From Bacteroidia bacterium (lineage in GTDB: Bacteria > Bacteroidota > Bacteroidia > 2-12-FULL-35-15), in NCBI GenBank assembly GCA_049651825.1, contig JBASCV010000259.1, positions 1-57,799 on the forward strand: 57,799 bases of DNA, read 5' to 3'. A program made the position numbers and the translations under genes. This document shows positions 57,301 to 57,799 of the stretch, piece after piece (position 1 is the stretch's first letter; each line of letters starts with the position of its first letter). The notes below the pieces were generated by a model. The model had not been told where the DNA came from. It did not search any database and saw only the letters and a program-made list of their open reading frames with translations.

Positions 57301-57799
57301 GTAAATGCTACCTATTCCATGAATAATGGTACTATTTTACCAGGCTATAAGCAAGGTACCAATATGATGGGAATGGATGCCAACTTTGCTGGCCCTACTC
57401 CTGGCTTCATTTTAGGCGATCAGCAAGACATACGTCCTACAGCAATAGAAAACGATTGGTTAGTAAAAACAAGTTCTTTGAATGTGCCATTTGTTCAAAC
57501 AAGTAGCACCAATTTAAATGTTAGAGCAAATATTGAACCCCTGCCTGATATGAAAATTGAAGTTACTGGAGTGCGTACAACCACAGTTAATAAAAACGAG
57601 TTTTTTAGGTGGAAACTAAACGATACCTTGCCCGATGGTACAGTAACCAACCGTTTTAAGTCTGAATCGCCAATGGAAACGGGTAACTTCAGCATGTCGT
57701 TCTTAAGCTTCGGAACTTCATTTAAAGATGGCGATGCCATATTTAACAACTTCCTCACTTCCCGTCAGCAAATTTCAAACAGATTAGGCGCTCAAAACG
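51370..57799 (+). CDS. sprA: T9SS translocon / gliding motility protein SprA (5' portion; runs off the window end)
   Basis: One frame stays open from 51367 to the window end, about 2143 codons. It is not in the supplied track because no stop is reached. The N-terminal region (LPYSFDDE...GGLKLNDPSNVKTDVEYDPKTGNYNINQSIGGMNYRPPTYM) resembles SprA. The start is the TTG at 51370, one codon after an in-frame TAA (51364-51366). Confidence 0.85.
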   Translation, partial: MTKAFTKYIVVGGLSVGLLSLIVGSDAKESAYKHAENLIAKFNAPLVDVDTPEVDLPYSFDDESTGDPLNYPNAGGLKLNDPSNVKTDVEYDPKTGNYNINQSIGGMNYRPPTYMESDEYQNYMFKKQVKNYWNNRSDAESKNNQNKPTIPKLNVGGEIFDRIFGGNTVDIRPNGSAELIFAYNGNKTENPAIPVRNRKVNTFDFNERIQLNVIGKIGTKLSLTTSYNTEAMFDFENQMKLAYAGEEDDIIKKIEAGNVSLPLTGSLITGSQTLFGVKTQLQFGKLTVTALLSQQKGKKSEVEVAGGAQVTKYEIEADNYEANKHYFLSHYFRDNYNTALAALPFVNSGVNISRIEVWISNTNTSTNDIRSVVAFSELAEDAIHVPANQAGYINDVHPSALPFNTQNNLYNNIASDLLVRTVNTCVSRINTISNNTLKQTINFELVASARKLQPSEYSFNARLGYISLNQTLNPDQVLSVAYQYTLNGEVYQVGEFSDGGISAPQALYTKMLKSTAVNTAHPMWHLMMKNIYSMGAYQVNAKDFKLNVFYNNLQTGTYINYLPVPTEETGVNGKPLIQVLNVDRLNQQNDQIADGLFDFIDGVTINASNGRLIFPVVEPFGDYLRSKFLPGSTLANSFVFDQLYDSTRIVAQQFPQLNRFKLRGQYQSSSSSEISLGSPNVPQGSVTVTAGGIQLTENVDYTVDYTLGRVKIINDGILNSGTPIKVSLESNALFAIQQKTLLATHLDYKINNDFNLGATIMNLTERPITQKVNIGDEAISNTIFGFDGNYRTEAPFLTRWLDKLPLYETKEMSTINAAAEYAYLIPGHNKAIGKNGNSYIDDFEGSQSTIDLRSQSSWTLASTPQGQAGAGTTNMFPEGNLSDSLAYGYNRAKLAWYVLDPMFIRQTTGLTPSNIDDDDMSSNFVREVPENEVFPNRPIPTGVPSNVAMFDLAYYPDERGPYNYDTYPLPGISAGLAADGKLNAPETRWGGIMRAIQTNDFQAANVEYIQFWLMDPFHTDNVNPSTNGDLYFNLGNISEDILRDNYKSAENALPTSITPSTTVASDWGLIAEVPPLLNTFANDPSERPFQDVGLDGLGATTSPTEQSFFSSYLNDVQAIVNPTAFSSYASDPSADDYHYFRGDDYDAANVKTLERYKLFNGMEGNSPVTTGNDNTSATQTPNIEDINRDNNLSTAEGYYQYHISLRPNDLAAGVGNNYITNVFSTNGQNIKNGNSKPIKWYQFKIPIMTPEQKIGSIENFQSIRFLRMFLKNVDKPIVLRFARLELVRTEWRKYGFDLLQPGIYIPNDEGTGLFNVAAVSIEENGSNEPVNYVLPPNIQRQINVASANLLALNEQALALTVCDLKDGDSRAAFKNVDFDVRSYKKLQMFIHAEASANTANPLNHNDLNVFIRLGTDYTDNYYEYEIPVQVTAPGLYNGTNLDDQYRVWPEVNDMILEFAKLQEAKLARNAAGASIVTDYTVMDGTRKISVKGNPNLSAVKTIMIGVRNPKKVGSADADDGLPKCGQVWVNELRLTDFDDQGGGAANARVTAKLADLGTLSLSGNYYAPGFGSIENKVSQRKRATLKQYDITSNVELGKFLPKDANIQIPMFWGYSESFLTPQFNPLDPDILLAPQLKDPNLSKGAKDSLKAATLDYTMRKSLNFTNVKKGKGKNSKKSHIYDISNLSLSYSYSEIFRRNVDLEYDSTRNYKAGLMYSYSPTPKNIRPFAKTKIFQNKYFLLIKDVNFYLFPNKLGFSTDIDRSYNTMKTRDITEGEMLVIPTYNKRFTMNRNYDLKYDITKALKLDFIATNESRILEPYGAIDTEQKKDTIINNLMDLGKTTQYNHQMNVNYTLPINKLPLMDFTTTSVRYTGTYNWMRAPFNADSLGHTIQNSRTIQLTAQLNMVTLYNKVPFLKKVNQKGNINSKNSKTPPPPTKGKASDKDKDKDKSGKDSTKKNNPIPLIFEYLARISMSLKNVNATYSMNNGTILPGYKQGTNMMGMDANFAGPTPGFILGDQQDIRPTAIENDWLVKTSSLNVPFVQTSSTNLNVRANIEPLPDMKIEVTGVRTTTVNKNEFFRWKLNDTLPDGTVTNRFKSESPMETGNFSMSFLSFGTSFKDGDAIFNNFLTSRQQISNRLGAQN

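Noticed and set aside
52433-57758. Short track ORFs (52433-52636, 53816-54025, 54033-54215, 54113-54316, 55383-55568, 57495-57758).
   Set aside because: All lie inside, out of frame with, or antisense to the continuous SprA reading frame that runs from 51370 to the window end.

Overview
This 57.8 kb window looks like chromosomal DNA from an AT-rich member of the Bacteroidota. Support: the T9SS translocon gene sprA; two T9SS cargo proteins, one with a type-B and one with a type-A C-terminal sorting domain; TAnnTTTG-type -7 promoter boxes; and several lipoproteins and TonB-dependent outer-membrane proteins. Most of the window is housekeeping or envelope biogenesis: holA, yidC, psd, kup, rfbA, polyprenyl synthase, ugd/uxs/aminotransferase, waaA, trpS, an MMPL transporter, cobB, maeB and ruvA. 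There is one tRNA-Arg(CCT). I saw no rRNA, CRISPR array, transposase or integrase.

The best candidate for something undescribed is a visibly more AT-rich five-gene insert at about 6950-10877, between a glutamine-synthetase-like gene and a DUF1801 gene. It holds a HigB-like toxin, a HigA-type HTH antitoxin fused to an ImmA/IrrE (M78) metallopeptidase, and a tightly packed three-gene operon. That operon encodes a PDDEXK_4-type nuclease and two proteins I cannot assign to any family, one of them extremely acidic.

Secondary leads:
- an envelope operon of three Cys-motif proteins, including an MbnP-like lipoprotein with no MbnH partner (17283-19672);
- a small secreted Lys/Cys-rich KAC-repeat protein (14816-15118);
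- a beta-barrel gene broken by a 1-nt frameshift in a T-run (39206-39882);
- an LTD / TonB-receptor / lipocalin cluster (40008-44241);
- several intergenic palindromes and tandem repeats.

All family assignments rest on motif recognition by eye. No database search was run.
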